This document shows positions 52,070 through 61,628 of a DNA stretch of 64,000 nt, piece after piece; positions within the stretch are counted from its first letter, which is position 1; each line of letters opens with the position of its first letter. Source of the stretch: a virus. The notes under the pieces are model-generated. The model ran no database searches. It was not told where the DNA came from and saw nothing but the letters and a program-made list of their open reading frames with translations. The stretch spans positions 1 through 64,000 of IMG/VR virus record IMGVR_UViG_3300048999_000052; one strand, 5' to 3'. The position numbers were made by a program, and so were the translations under genes.

Positions 52070-52558
52070 ATGTACCACGCGAGGGCTTACTCGTTCCCGA
52101 TCAACATCACCACCGCCTTCACGGCTCAGATCGACGTGATGGAGCTACTGGCTGGTACTGGTCGTCCACTACTCATCCTTGGCTTCGAATTGGGGCAGAT
52201 CTCAGAGATCGGTGACGCTCAGGAGGAGGGCTTGACGCTGGTGATGAAGCGGGTCACCGGCGCGCCTACTTCTGGCTCCGGTGGTACGGCTGCGGCTGCT
52301 CCGGTAACGATGCAGCCCAACGATGCCGCGGCTACTGCCACGCTGGAGGTCGGCAACACCACCAAGCTCACCGGTGGAACTTCAGTCGATCTGAAGCGCT
52401 TCGACTGGAACGTTCGATCCTCTCTGCTGTACCTGCCGGTGCCTGACGCCCGGTTCGTGATCGACGCTGGCACCCGAATGGTGTTGGAGCTGGTAACCAC
52501 GCCGGCTGACTCGATCAGTGGCATCCACGGCAGCCTGGACATCCTCGAACTGGTCTGA
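52070..52558 (+). CDS. Virion structural protein
   Basis: AGGAG RBS; TSGSGGT motif. Confidence 0.65.
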   Translation: MYHARAYSFPINITTAFTAQIDVMELLAGTGRPLLILGFELGQISEIGDAQEEGLTLVMKRVTGAPTSGSGGTAAAAPVTMQPNDAAATATLEVGNTTKLTGGTSVDLKRFDWNVRSSLLYLPVPDARFVIDAGTRMVLELVTTPADSISGIHGSLDILELV

Positions 52559-52559
52559 C

Positions 52560-53642
52560 ATGCACGTCCATCGGCCACCCTTCCAGTACTCCGTCTATCG
52601 CAAGCGACGGAGGACTTTGGCGTGGACGGTGCCCGGTCCGGTCAGCATCACGCTGGGGGTAGCTACCGAAACGGATGCTGCCCTTGCGTCGGGCGCCACG
52701 AAGGCCACTACCGTCACCATGTCAGTGGCGACAGAGTCGGACTCCGCGCTCGCACTTACATACGCAAGGGCAGCGACCCTGAGCCTAGCTCAGGAGACTG
52801 AGGCCGCTTACTCAGTAGTCGAGACAAAGACCGCAGGCGTTAGCGCTGCCACTGAAACCGATGCTGCGCTGGCCTTGAGTGCCACCAAGGCCCGGACGGT
52901 CACCCTGGGACTCGCCACCGAGACCGACACCGCGTACACGACTTCGGTCAGTACGGCGGCTGGGACTGTCCTTGGCCTGGCGCATGAAACTGAGGCCGCC
53001 TACACGCTCGGGCTAGCGCGTACGTTCGGGGTCGGTACGTCGGTCGAATCTGACGCTGCGTATTCAATTTCAGTGACGAAGCTCGTGAATTCCGGGGCTG
53101 AGACCGACACTGCTCACGCTCTGTCGTCAACCAAGGCGATCAGCTACACCCTCGGTACGGCGGTCGAAACCGACCAAGCCAGAGGCAACAGCGCGGCTAA
53201 GACTGAGACCTTGGGCCGAGCTCAAGAAACTGATGCGGTCTTCCCGATCACCAGCAACGGTGAGACCTCAGCTTTGCTGGGTCGAGCCCAGGAAACTGAC
53301 GCTGGCCTGAACTTGGTCGCGGTGAAGGCAGTTACCCTCGGCGTGGCTGCTGAGACCGAAGCCGCGTGGTCGCTGGGCTACCTCCGGACAATCACCCTGG
53401 ACCTAGCCCAAGAGACTGACGAGGTCTTCGGGCTGACCCACCACGCTGGAGTACGGCGCAACATCACCATCGTCGCGCTGACCGAGCCGACGAATGGCTG
53501 GTCAACCAGCGCTCCAGCCACCACCATTGTGATGACCGGCACATCACCTACTACCGCCTGGATCAGCTCTGGTCCAGAGACCGATTGGGCAACCACTGAT
53601 CCGGTCAATAACCCGTGGGTCGCTAGCGAGCCCCAGCTGTAA
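52560..53642 (+). CDS. Repeat-containing fibre protein
   Basis: 13 imperfect ~20-22-aa repeats, consensus TLG.A.E[TS][DE].A. Confidence 0.75.
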   Translation: MHVHRPPFQYSVYRKRRRTLAWTVPGPVSITLGVATETDAALASGATKATTVTMSVATESDSALALTYARAATLSLAQETEAAYSVVETKTAGVSAATETDAALALSATKARTVTLGLATETDTAYTTSVSTAAGTVLGLAHETEAAYTLGLARTFGVGTSVESDAAYSISVTKLVNSGAETDTAHALSSTKAISYTLGTAVETDQARGNSAAKTETLGRAQETDAVFPITSNGETSALLGRAQETDAGLNLVAVKAVTLGVAAETEAAWSLGYLRTITLDLAQETDEVFGLTHHAGVRRNITIVALTEPTNGWSTSAPATTIVMTGTSPTTAWISSGPETDWATTDPVNNPWVASEPQL

Positions 53643-53650
53643 GGAGACAG

Positions 53651-53959
53651 ATGAACATCAGGGCTGATTCCACGGAGCTGGCTACCGCCACCATCTCGGT
53701 GGACCACGACATCACCGGCAAGGTGATCCAGGTCGCACTCCCGTTGACCGGGCAGGCCACCTCGTCCTGGATCGTTGCAGATGTACTGAACACGACTCAT
53801 GTCGGCAGTAACTGGGTATCTACCTACCAGATCTTGATCGGTCCGGCCTCTGGCGATATCACGCTGGCTGCGGGAACCTACGACTGGACAGTCAAGGTGG
53901 TAGACGATCCTGAGGTCCCGGTCCGGAAGGCCGGGGTCGTAATCGTCACCGCCAACTAG
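53651..53959 (+). CDS. Small structural protein (BppU-like)
   Basis: LIGP..G..TLAAGTYDW.VKV.D.PEVPV...G. Confidence 0.7.
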   Translation: MNIRADSTELATATISVDHDITGKVIQVALPLTGQATSSWIVADVLNTTHVGSNWVSTYQILIGPASGDITLAAGTYDWTVKVVDDPEVPVRKAGVVIVTAN

Positions 53960-53995
53960 ACCGAGACGGTCCGGAGCCAAGCTCTAGGAGGAGCA

Positions 53996-54088
53996 ATGAC
54001 TCGGTACTACCCCGGGATCTTGATTCTGATCCTGGTCCTCGTGATCCTCGACTTCCTAGTCGACATCGGCGTCATTAAGGTGGGCTGA
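53996..54088 (+). CDS. Small TM peptide (not in ORF track)
   Basis: MTRYYPGILILILVLVILDFLVDIGVIKVG*; AGGAGGAG RBS. Confidence 0.6.
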   Translation: MTRYYPGILILILVLVILDFLVDIGVIKVG

Positions 54089-54090
54089 CC

Positions 54091-54231
54091 ATGTTGATCC
54101 TCGGCATCATCCTCGTAGTCCTCGGCGCGCTGTTGAACATCTCGCTGCTGTACATCATCGGCGCGATTCTGGCCATCGTCGGCGCAGTCCTGCTCTTCAC
54201 TGGCGGTATCGGCGGTCGTAGGCTGTACTAG
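54091..54231 (+). CDS. DUF6131-like two-TM protein (not in ORF track)
   Basis: MLILGIILVVLGALLNISLLYIIGAILAIVGAVLLFTGGIGGRRLY*. Confidence 0.65.
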   Translation: MLILGIILVVLGALLNISLLYIIGAILAIVGAVLLFTGGIGGRRLY

Positions 54232-54263
54232 CTTTGATAGGGCGCCTGTTTGCCAAGAAGACC

Positions 54264-54303
54264 GGACAGCCACCTGGACTCCCCCAGACCCAGGTGGCTG
54301 TTC
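54264..54303 (+). terminator. Hairpin/terminator
   Basis: GGACAGCCACCTGG/CCAGGTGGCTGTTC stem. Confidence 0.6.
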
Positions 54304-54339
54304 TGCGTCTGGACCATGAGAGCAAGAGAAAGGACTCCC

Positions 54340-54672
54340 ATGGCTCTCCTCGCAGCGCAGTCCCCGACTGCCACCGGACTGACCCCGACGTACTCGCTCG
54401 TCTCTGCTTCGGACACGGTCCGCTACGTCAACAACCGGATGTTCCTGTTGTGCAAGAACACCTCTGGCTCGGCGAACACCGTTACTGTGGTGGTCCCTGG
54501 CTCGACCTACGGTCAGGCCAACCCGGACATCGCCGTTACCGTTCCGGCCACGACTGGTGAGAAGTGGATCGGCCCGCTGGATCGGGGCATGGTCGACACC
54601 TCTACCGGCCTGATCACGATCACCAACTCGGCGCCGGCTACTGGTGTTTCGGTTGCGGTAGTGGCGCTCTAA
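54340..54672 (+). CDS. Conserved virion-associated protein
   Basis: MALLAAQ...G..PTY...D...N....L..KN.SGS..TVT...VPATTGE..IGP. Confidence 0.7.
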   Translation: MALLAAQSPTATGLTPTYSLVSASDTVRYVNNRMFLLCKNTSGSANTVTVVVPGSTYGQANPDIAVTVPATTGEKWIGPLDRGMVDTSTGLITITNSAPATGVSVAVVAL

Positions 54673-54673
54673 C

Positions 54674-56164
54674 ATGCCCATCGTCTTGGACCGCCCGCCA
54701 AGAACCGACGACGAACTGTGGCATCTGGTTCGGGCGTTGTGGGGTCACACCATTCCGCGCGTGAAAGTGTGCCCGGAGCACAACGCCCCGTTCGAGGCCT
54801 TCTCGACGGCGTACTTCTCCAAGGAGCCGATGTCGCTGATCCACGGCTCGCGTGGTCTGTCGGGCAAATCCCGACTGCTCTCGATCCTGGGTCTGACCAA
54901 AGCTGCCGTTTTGGGCTCGGACGTCAACATCGTCGGTGGCTCGCTGAACCAGTCGAACAACATCCACGAGACCATGCGGGACGCCTGGGAGCACGAACAC
55001 GCGCCCAAGTACCTGATCAAGGACGAGTCGATGACGATCGTCCGGCTGCGCAACGGGGCCAAGATCCGCCCGCTGACGGCATCGCAGAAAACCGTCCGTG
55101 GTCCGCACCCGCCCACGCTGCTGCTGGATGAGATCGACGAAATGGACCAGGCCATCTTGGACGCGGCCCTGGGCCAGCCGATGCCGCAGAAGAACTATCT
55201 GGGTGAGACGATCCCAGCGGTGACGCTGATGTCGTCCACCTGGCAGTACCCGGACAAGACCTTCGCGACCATGTACCAGCGGTTCCAAGACGAGGACCTA
55301 CCGATCTTCTCCTGGTGCATGAAGGACACCTCGAACCCGGTGGATGGCTGGTTGGACCCAGCTTTCATCGAGCAGAAGAAGCGCGAGATCCCGGCCGAGA
55401 TGTGGCGGGTGGAGTACGAGCTGGGTGAGCCTTCGATCGGCACCCGTGCCTTCGACTCGGAGATGGTGGAGAAGACGTTCTCCGAGCCATTGCCCGAGCC
55501 GAAGAAGATCGCCAAGGACTTCGAGCAGTACATGATCCACGACTACCGGATGGACACCGACTACGTCATCGCCGCTGACTGGGCCAAGGAGCAGGACTTC
55601 ACCGTGATCACGGTCTGGTCTTGCACCAACCTGCCGATGCGGTTGTGCTACTACCTACGGCTGCGTAGGCGCCCGTACCCGGTGATGATCGAGTACTACA
55701 ACAAGCTGATGCGCAAGTACAACGCCGAGGGCATCCACGACGCCACCGGTCTAGGCAACGTGGTGGGTGACTACCTGGACACCCGGGTTCGCGGCTTCTT
55801 GATGACCGGTGCGCAGCGCGACAACATGCTGAGCGAGTACGTGGCTGCGGTGGAGAACGACAAGGTCCGCGCAGCCCGCATCCCGTCGATCTACAAGAAT
55901 CACCTCTACTGTTCGGTAGAGGCGATGTACTCCAGAGCCAAGGAGTTCCATCTCCCCGACGAAGTGTGTTCATCTGCGCTGGCCTGGAAGCTGGTCAGTC
56001 AGCGTCCACAAGCGGTGCTACCGCTGATGATCTCGGGTCAGGACGACTCGAACTGGATGCGTCGGCACGTGGATGCCAACACCAAGTCCGGGCGGAAGAC
56101 CGCCTGGGACGTCGGTGAAGTGCACAAGTTGGACAACAGGGACGAGTACTCCCTGATGGTCTGA
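54674..56164 (+). CDS. Terminase large subunit
   Basis: HGSRGLSGKS, VRGPH..LLLDEIDE, nuclease AADWAKEQDFT, HDATGLG. Confidence 0.9.
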   Translation: MPIVLDRPPRTDDELWHLVRALWGHTIPRVKVCPEHNAPFEAFSTAYFSKEPMSLIHGSRGLSGKSRLLSILGLTKAAVLGSDVNIVGGSLNQSNNIHETMRDAWEHEHAPKYLIKDESMTIVRLRNGAKIRPLTASQKTVRGPHPPTLLLDEIDEMDQAILDAALGQPMPQKNYLGETIPAVTLMSSTWQYPDKTFATMYQRFQDEDLPIFSWCMKDTSNPVDGWLDPAFIEQKKREIPAEMWRVEYELGEPSIGTRAFDSEMVEKTFSEPLPEPKKIAKDFEQYMIHDYRMDTDYVIAADWAKEQDFTVITVWSCTNLPMRLCYYLRLRRRPYPVMIEYYNKLMRKYNAEGIHDATGLGNVVGDYLDTRVRGFLMTGAQRDNMLSEYVAAVENDKVRAARIPSIYKNHLYCSVEAMYSRAKEFHLPDEVCSSALAWKLVSQRPQAVLPLMISGQDDSNWMRRHVDANTKSGRKTAWDVGEVHKLDNRDEYSLMV

Positions 56165-56190
56165 TGTGACAGCGTAGGGAGACTGGGTAC

Positions 56191-58197
56191 ATGGCGAGCT
56201 TCGGCGTGGATGATGTGCGGATCTGGGAGGACGTGTCTGAGCCCGTCTCCCAGAACTGGAATCCGCTCGTCGAGCGAGGCGTCACTGGCGTCAAGCGGTC
56301 AGCTGGTCTGATCGATGAGGAGTTCCTTCCGGCACTGCGCGGGCGCAAGGCCATCGAGGTCTTCCGGGAGATGTCCACCAACGACTCGATCGTTGGCGCG
56401 CTGTTGTTCGCGATCGACAAGCTGATCCGTGAGGTGGAATGGCATGTCGAGGCTCCGGACAACACCCCGGAAGGCACTGAGTGCGCGGACTTCCTGGAAA
56501 GTTGCATGGACGACATGGAGCACAGCTGGGACGACTTTGTCTCAGAGGTGATGACCATGTTGGTCTTCGGCTGGTCCTGGCACGAGATCGTCTACAAGAA
56601 GCGGATCGGTCCGTGGGAGAAGGACGGGCGGAAGAAGTCGAACTACGACGACGGGATGATCGGCTGGCGCAAGATGCCGATCCGGTCGCAGGAGACGATG
56701 CTGCGCTGGCTGTTCGACAAGAACGGTGACGTCGAGGGTCTGGTTCAGCTGGCCCCGCCGTTCTACCAGGTCACCACCATCCCGATGTCCAAGAGCCTGT
56801 TGTTCCGTACTGCACCCTCCAAGGGCAACCCGGAGGGTCGCTCGCTGCTGCGGACGGCGTACCGGTCCTGGTACTTCAAGAAGCGCCTGGAGGAGTTCGA
56901 GGGCATCGGTGTTGAGCGTGACCTGGCTGGTATGCCGGTGGCTCGGGTGCCTGCGGACTACCTGAACGCGCCCACTGGCTCGCAGAAGGCCAAGGTCGTC
57001 GACGGCTTCCGCAAGATGGTCCGGGGCGTACGCCGGGACGAGAATGAGGGCCTAGTGCTCCCGGTGATGTATGACCCGGACACCAAGCAGCCGCTGTTCG
57101 ACTTCGAATTGATGAGCTCTTCGGGAGCGCGCCAGTTCGATACCAACGCGATCATCCAGCGCTACGAGCAGCGGATCTTGATGTCGTGCCTGGCGGACTT
57201 CATTCTGGTCGGGCACGAGCAGTCCGGTTCGTACTCGATGCACACTGACAAGACCGGCATCTTCCGGGCTTCGCTGAACTCGATCACCAAGAACATCGCC
57301 GACACTCTCAACCGCAAGGCCATCCCCAAGCTGTTCGAGCTGAACGGCTGGAAGGTCCGCGAGCTGCCCAAGATCGTCGCCTCCGAGATTGACCCGCCGG
57401 ACCTGACCCAGCTCGGCCAACTGATCAGCTCCACGGCGGGGGCTGGCATGCAGTGGTTCCCGGACCCGGAGCTGGAGAAGTTCATTCGGGATATCGCTCG
57501 GCTGCCGGAGATGCCGGACGAGGTCTTGGAGATCAAGCGCCAGCAGGCCATGCAGGAGCAGGCGATGAGCCTGGCCGACAGCCAGATGCAGATGCTGGGT
57601 CTGCAGCAGAAGGCTGAGCTGACCTCGCAGGGTTACAGCCCGGAGCAGGCACAGATGATCGGTGAGACCCCGACGCCAGAGATGGCCGGCTATCAGACCG
57701 ATCAAATGATGCAGCAGCAGCAGGCTGATCTGGAGATGCAGTCGCAGTACGCGATGAAGGACGACCCGGCGGCAGCTGCTCAGCACAGCCGAGACAACGA
57801 AGCCTTCGCTCGGGACCAGAAGGGCAAGGACGCTGATCTCAAGCGTCAGCAGCAGCAGCTGGCTTTGCAGGACCAATACAAGAACAAGGACCTGGGCCGG
57901 GAGAAGGAGAAGGCCAAGCTCAACGAGCGCGGCCACAAGACCAAGGTCCAGCTGGAAGGCATGAAGGGCAAGGTCGGGGTCCAAAACGAGAAGGGCAAGT
58001 TGAGCCTGGAGGCTCAGCGGGCCAAGATCGCTGACCAGGCCGACAAGTCCAAGTTCGACCGGCAGATGGCCATGCTGAAAGAGAAGGGCAAGCAGACCCG
58101 TACTGCTGCCAGCAAGAAGCCTCTACCGGGCAAGACCGTAGCGGCAGCTAAGAAGACCGCGGCCAAGAAGACGCCGCCGAAGAAGAAGGGGCGCTGA
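56191..58197 (+). CDS. Portal protein (DUF935-like) with long Q/K-rich C-terminal extension
   Basis: FGWSWHEIVY, NPEGRSLLR.AY..W.FK, EGIGVERDLAGMP; follows TerL. Confidence 0.88.
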   Translation: MASFGVDDVRIWEDVSEPVSQNWNPLVERGVTGVKRSAGLIDEEFLPALRGRKAIEVFREMSTNDSIVGALLFAIDKLIREVEWHVEAPDNTPEGTECADFLESCMDDMEHSWDDFVSEVMTMLVFGWSWHEIVYKKRIGPWEKDGRKKSNYDDGMIGWRKMPIRSQETMLRWLFDKNGDVEGLVQLAPPFYQVTTIPMSKSLLFRTAPSKGNPEGRSLLRTAYRSWYFKKRLEEFEGIGVERDLAGMPVARVPADYLNAPTGSQKAKVVDGFRKMVRGVRRDENEGLVLPVMYDPDTKQPLFDFELMSSSGARQFDTNAIIQRYEQRILMSCLADFILVGHEQSGSYSMHTDKTGIFRASLNSITKNIADTLNRKAIPKLFELNGWKVRELPKIVASEIDPPDLTQLGQLISSTAGAGMQWFPDPELEKFIRDIARLPEMPDEVLEIKRQQAMQEQAMSLADSQMQMLGLQQKAELTSQGYSPEQAQMIGETPTPEMAGYQTDQMMQQQQADLEMQSQYAMKDDPAAAAQHSRDNEAFARDQKGKDADLKRQQQQLALQDQYKNKDLGREKEKAKLNERGHKTKVQLEGMKGKVGVQNEKGKLSLEAQRAKIADQADKSKFDRQMAMLKEKGKQTRTAASKKPLPGKTVAAAKKTAAKKTPPKKKGR

Positions 58198-61100
58198 TGT
58201 TCATACCGGTCTTCAAGAGTGCCGACCCGGACTTCAACTACCACGCTGCCGACCTGGCGGCGAAGCTCGTCATGGCCATGGACGAGGACGAGGCGCGGAT
58301 GTTCACCACCTGCGTCGTGGCCGACATCCTCTGGGACGACATCGAGAAGAACCAGCGCTCGCTCCAGCGCCACCTCAACTCGGTGGTGTCCAAGCGGATC
58401 CAGATGGTGGCCAAGGCAGCCGATCGGCTGGTGTCCAAGCGGGACAACAACGACTTCGGTACGGCGCTGGTGGAGATCTCCAAGGCCACCCGCAACCCCT
58501 ACGACTTCGGCTACGTTTTCAACGAGTCCGACTTCAACCGTGACCCCAGCTCCGGTCAGTTCCGGTCCAAGGTTAGGTACACGGCCTCTAGGCCGGTGCC
58601 GAACAAGGTCGCCCGGGCTACGCCGAACCTGCCCAACCCGGACAAGACCAAGCACCTGAACGCGGCTGAGAAGGCGCGCTACCAGCAGGGCTACCAGCAG
58701 ATCGCTAACTTCTTGGACACCATGCGCCAGTCCGGGCTGGCTGGCGACACGAAGACCTATGTCACCGTCCACGACACCGCTGAGAACCGGACTTACGTCA
58801 AGGAAGTCAGCGGCACCGACGTGCCCACGATTGACCCCAAAACCGAGGCATTTGTCGGGATCGAAGCACGTCCCACGTCGTTGAACGTGGGCGGCGCTAG
58901 CTTCGGCCTGGTAAGTGCTCTGGGTGGTGGAGCCCATCGAGCTGACCGGGCCGGAGCTACTGCGCAGGCAGTCGATGACAATGTTCGCTCGTTCGCCACT
59001 GACTGGACCTCGGCTGGGATGGACAACCCGTTGTCCAGCAATGCTCGGCTGTATGGCCGGGTGGAGGCTGGCTCGCGGTTCCTGGGTCAGGTCGCTCCGG
59101 CTGGTTCCAAGCTGCACATGGCTGCCACCTTCGGTGAGTTCGTCGGCCGCCAAGGACCGCAGGCTGAGCGCGTGCTGGGACCGCGCGCGCGTACCACCAT
59201 GTACCGCTACCGGGGTACGGAGAAGACCCCGGACAGCGAACTGACTGGCCCCTACAACCGGCAGCGCACCGGTGGTTACGCGATCGAGAACCTGAACCCG
59301 GAGAACCAGGCCAAGATCCGCCAACTCCAGCGCGCGGCAATCACCCGGTACAAGAATGCCCACGGCGGCAAGATCAGCACCAAGGAGGCTGAGGAGGTTC
59401 GCCAGAACGTGCTACGGCGCTCCTTCGGGGTCTCCGACAAGGACGCCCGGATGGGTGCGGAGGGTGGCAAGATCCGCGCCTTCCAGACCGCTCAGGCCTT
59501 CATGATGTCCAAGGTGCCAACCGGCAAGCTCTACGACTTGCAGCTGAAGTCTGGGCACACGCCGCCGTCCGAGGGCGTCATCATCGACAAGGACGGCAAG
59601 ATCGTCACCCAGGCGATTGGCTACGGTGACGACCACTACCTGCCCTTCAACCTGAAGAACCTGAAGGGGCTGCGCGGTGGTGAATACATCCGCACCCGGT
59701 CTGTGGGTGGTCCGACTACCGAAGACATCTACACCGGTTTGGTGTCTGGTGCGCATCGGCTCACCGTGGTCTCTCGTTCTGGCACCTTCACCATCACCTT
59801 CGACGACACTTTCCGTAGTACGCGTCGGTACAACGACAAGGCTGGTCGGATGGTGGACCGGTACGGGAAGATTCTTGATGCGATCAAGTCTGAGCAGGTA
59901 GAACGCCAGCCGCTGGATCCCACTGTCCGGGCGAAGATCGCCAACGACGTGGAGACCGAGATGGGCTGGGCGCCGGCTCGGGAACAGCGCAACGAGATCC
60001 GTCGTCGCGAAGCCGAGTACAAGGAGAACCCGTACCTCACCGATGAGGACGAGGCCCAGATCGAGCGGGTCGTTCAGCGCCACGGTGGCTCGGATGCCGA
60101 CAAGCAGCGGACCCGAGCTGAGCTACGTAACCAAGCGCTGGAGGACAAGGCTTACAACTTCCGGCTTAACGGTGACGGTTACGCAGCTGGCATCAAGGCG
60201 CTGGAGGAGCAGTTCCCGTACTACATCGCTGACGCTACCCACCGACCCACCCGTGAGGGTCGCTACGAGGGTGCTGGCGACCGGGGCTACGTGAAGCCGC
60301 GCTTCAACCGGCCCAGCGAAGCCCTGGAGGGCTACTTCGACCCCTCGATCAGCGGTGAGGGCACCTTCTCCAACCCTCGGGGCGAGAAGACCGGCAAGAA
60401 CCGCGCTGACCGGATGGACTACCAGAACTCCCGGGGACGACTGACTCGGGTGGATGCTACCGAGCGGGCTCCGGGTGAGAAGGAAGCTGAGCCGGCGGTG
60501 GCTCGTCCGCCAGCTGACACGGTGGCTGCTCCCACTCCGGCCGAAGTAATGGCGGATCGGATTGAGACTGCTGCGGCCCGGCAGAGCCTGACTGATCGTG
60601 CCGTTGAGCTGCAGCAGGCAGTAGCAGCCCGGACGGTTGCTGCCGGTGGAGACCCTGGTCCGCTGAAGGACTTCATCAGCCTGAGCCCGGAGGAGTTCCG
60701 GAACTGGTACGCCTCACCGGCCAACCAGGACACCTTCCACCGCCAGGTCGAGGCCACCATCCGACCGAACATGGACCGGCTGGGAGTCAAGGACCAGCTG
60801 ACCAACTACGGAGCAGCGCGCGGGTTGGCAGGCGGGGAGAAGTTCAACCGGGCCAATCACATGGCTACCGTGCCGGATCAGCCCTACACCTTCGAGGGTG
60901 CGCCCTACATGCGTGGCGGCAATCTGGACAAGAAGGAGCGCGAGCTGCAGCGGATCGCGGCTCGGACCAAGGTGCCGGACTTCGGCTCGCTGGCGGACAT
61001 GGAACACGACGATGACTTCAAGGAAGCGCTGCGTTCGGCTCAGAAGCTTCGGGTGATCTCTGACCAGCTGGCGCAATACCCGCCGGATGAGAACGGCAGC

Positions 61101-61628
61101 CGTAACTCCTACCTGATGGCACTGGCTCAGAATGATGAGACGGTGGCGGCGATGTCGCCAGAGGAGAAGCGACTGCTGACCGAGCCCGGTCGAGTCGACC
61201 AGATGGTCGAGGACGTCAACCGGGCCTGGGCACTGCGCAAGCTGATCGGTCCGAAGACCACCCTGACCACCAGTACCGGACGGCTGGAACCTACCGGGCA
61301 GACCATCGCTACACCGCCGCAGACTCCGGTGCAGCGAGCCGAAGCCTCGGTAGTGACGCCAGCCTCGAACCGAAGGGCTGCTCGAAGCTACCGCGAGGCA
61401 TTGTCGACCTACGCTCAGCGGATTGCCGATATCAACCCGCAGGCAGCCGACGCACTCAACGACGTCGCCAGCCAGTTCGACATTGCCCAGCACACGCCCG
61501 AGGCCAGCGTGCAGAGCGAGTTCAACGCTGCTCAGGCAGCATTGATGGACCTGACCACTGACTTCCCGCAGTTCAAGAAGGGGATCGAGGAGGACATCAT
61601 GCGCCGCCTGCATGAGGACAACCGGTGA
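58197..61628 (+). CDS. Large head-associated protein (1143 aa)
   Basis: Between portal and MuF; [VI]xK motifs, RD..GQF motif, degenerate JAB-like segment. Confidence 0.7.
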   Translation: MFIPVFKSADPDFNYHAADLAAKLVMAMDEDEARMFTTCVVADILWDDIEKNQRSLQRHLNSVVSKRIQMVAKAADRLVSKRDNNDFGTALVEISKATRNPYDFGYVFNESDFNRDPSSGQFRSKVRYTASRPVPNKVARATPNLPNPDKTKHLNAAEKARYQQGYQQIANFLDTMRQSGLAGDTKTYVTVHDTAENRTYVKEVSGTDVPTIDPKTEAFVGIEARPTSLNVGGASFGLVSALGGGAHRADRAGATAQAVDDNVRSFATDWTSAGMDNPLSSNARLYGRVEAGSRFLGQVAPAGSKLHMAATFGEFVGRQGPQAERVLGPRARTTMYRYRGTEKTPDSELTGPYNRQRTGGYAIENLNPENQAKIRQLQRAAITRYKNAHGGKISTKEAEEVRQNVLRRSFGVSDKDARMGAEGGKIRAFQTAQAFMMSKVPTGKLYDLQLKSGHTPPSEGVIIDKDGKIVTQAIGYGDDHYLPFNLKNLKGLRGGEYIRTRSVGGPTTEDIYTGLVSGAHRLTVVSRSGTFTITFDDTFRSTRRYNDKAGRMVDRYGKILDAIKSEQVERQPLDPTVRAKIANDVETEMGWAPAREQRNEIRRREAEYKENPYLTDEDEAQIERVVQRHGGSDADKQRTRAELRNQALEDKAYNFRLNGDGYAAGIKALEEQFPYYIADATHRPTREGRYEGAGDRGYVKPRFNRPSEALEGYFDPSISGEGTFSNPRGEKTGKNRADRMDYQNSRGRLTRVDATERAPGEKEAEPAVARPPADTVAAPTPAEVMADRIETAAARQSLTDRAVELQQAVAARTVAAGGDPGPLKDFISLSPEEFRNWYASPANQDTFHRQVEATIRPNMDRLGVKDQLTNYGAARGLAGGEKFNRANHMATVPDQPYTFEGAPYMRGGNLDKKERELQRIAARTKVPDFGSLADMEHDDDFKEALRSAQKLRVISDQLAQYPPDENGSRNSYLMALAQNDETVAAMSPEEKRLLTEPGRVDQMVEDVNRAWALRKLIGPKTTLTTSTGRLEPTGQTIATPPQTPVQRAEASVVTPASNRRAARSYREALSTYAQRIADINPQAADALNDVASQFDIAQHTPEASVQSEFNAAQAALMDLTTDFPQFKKGIEEDIMRRLHEDNR

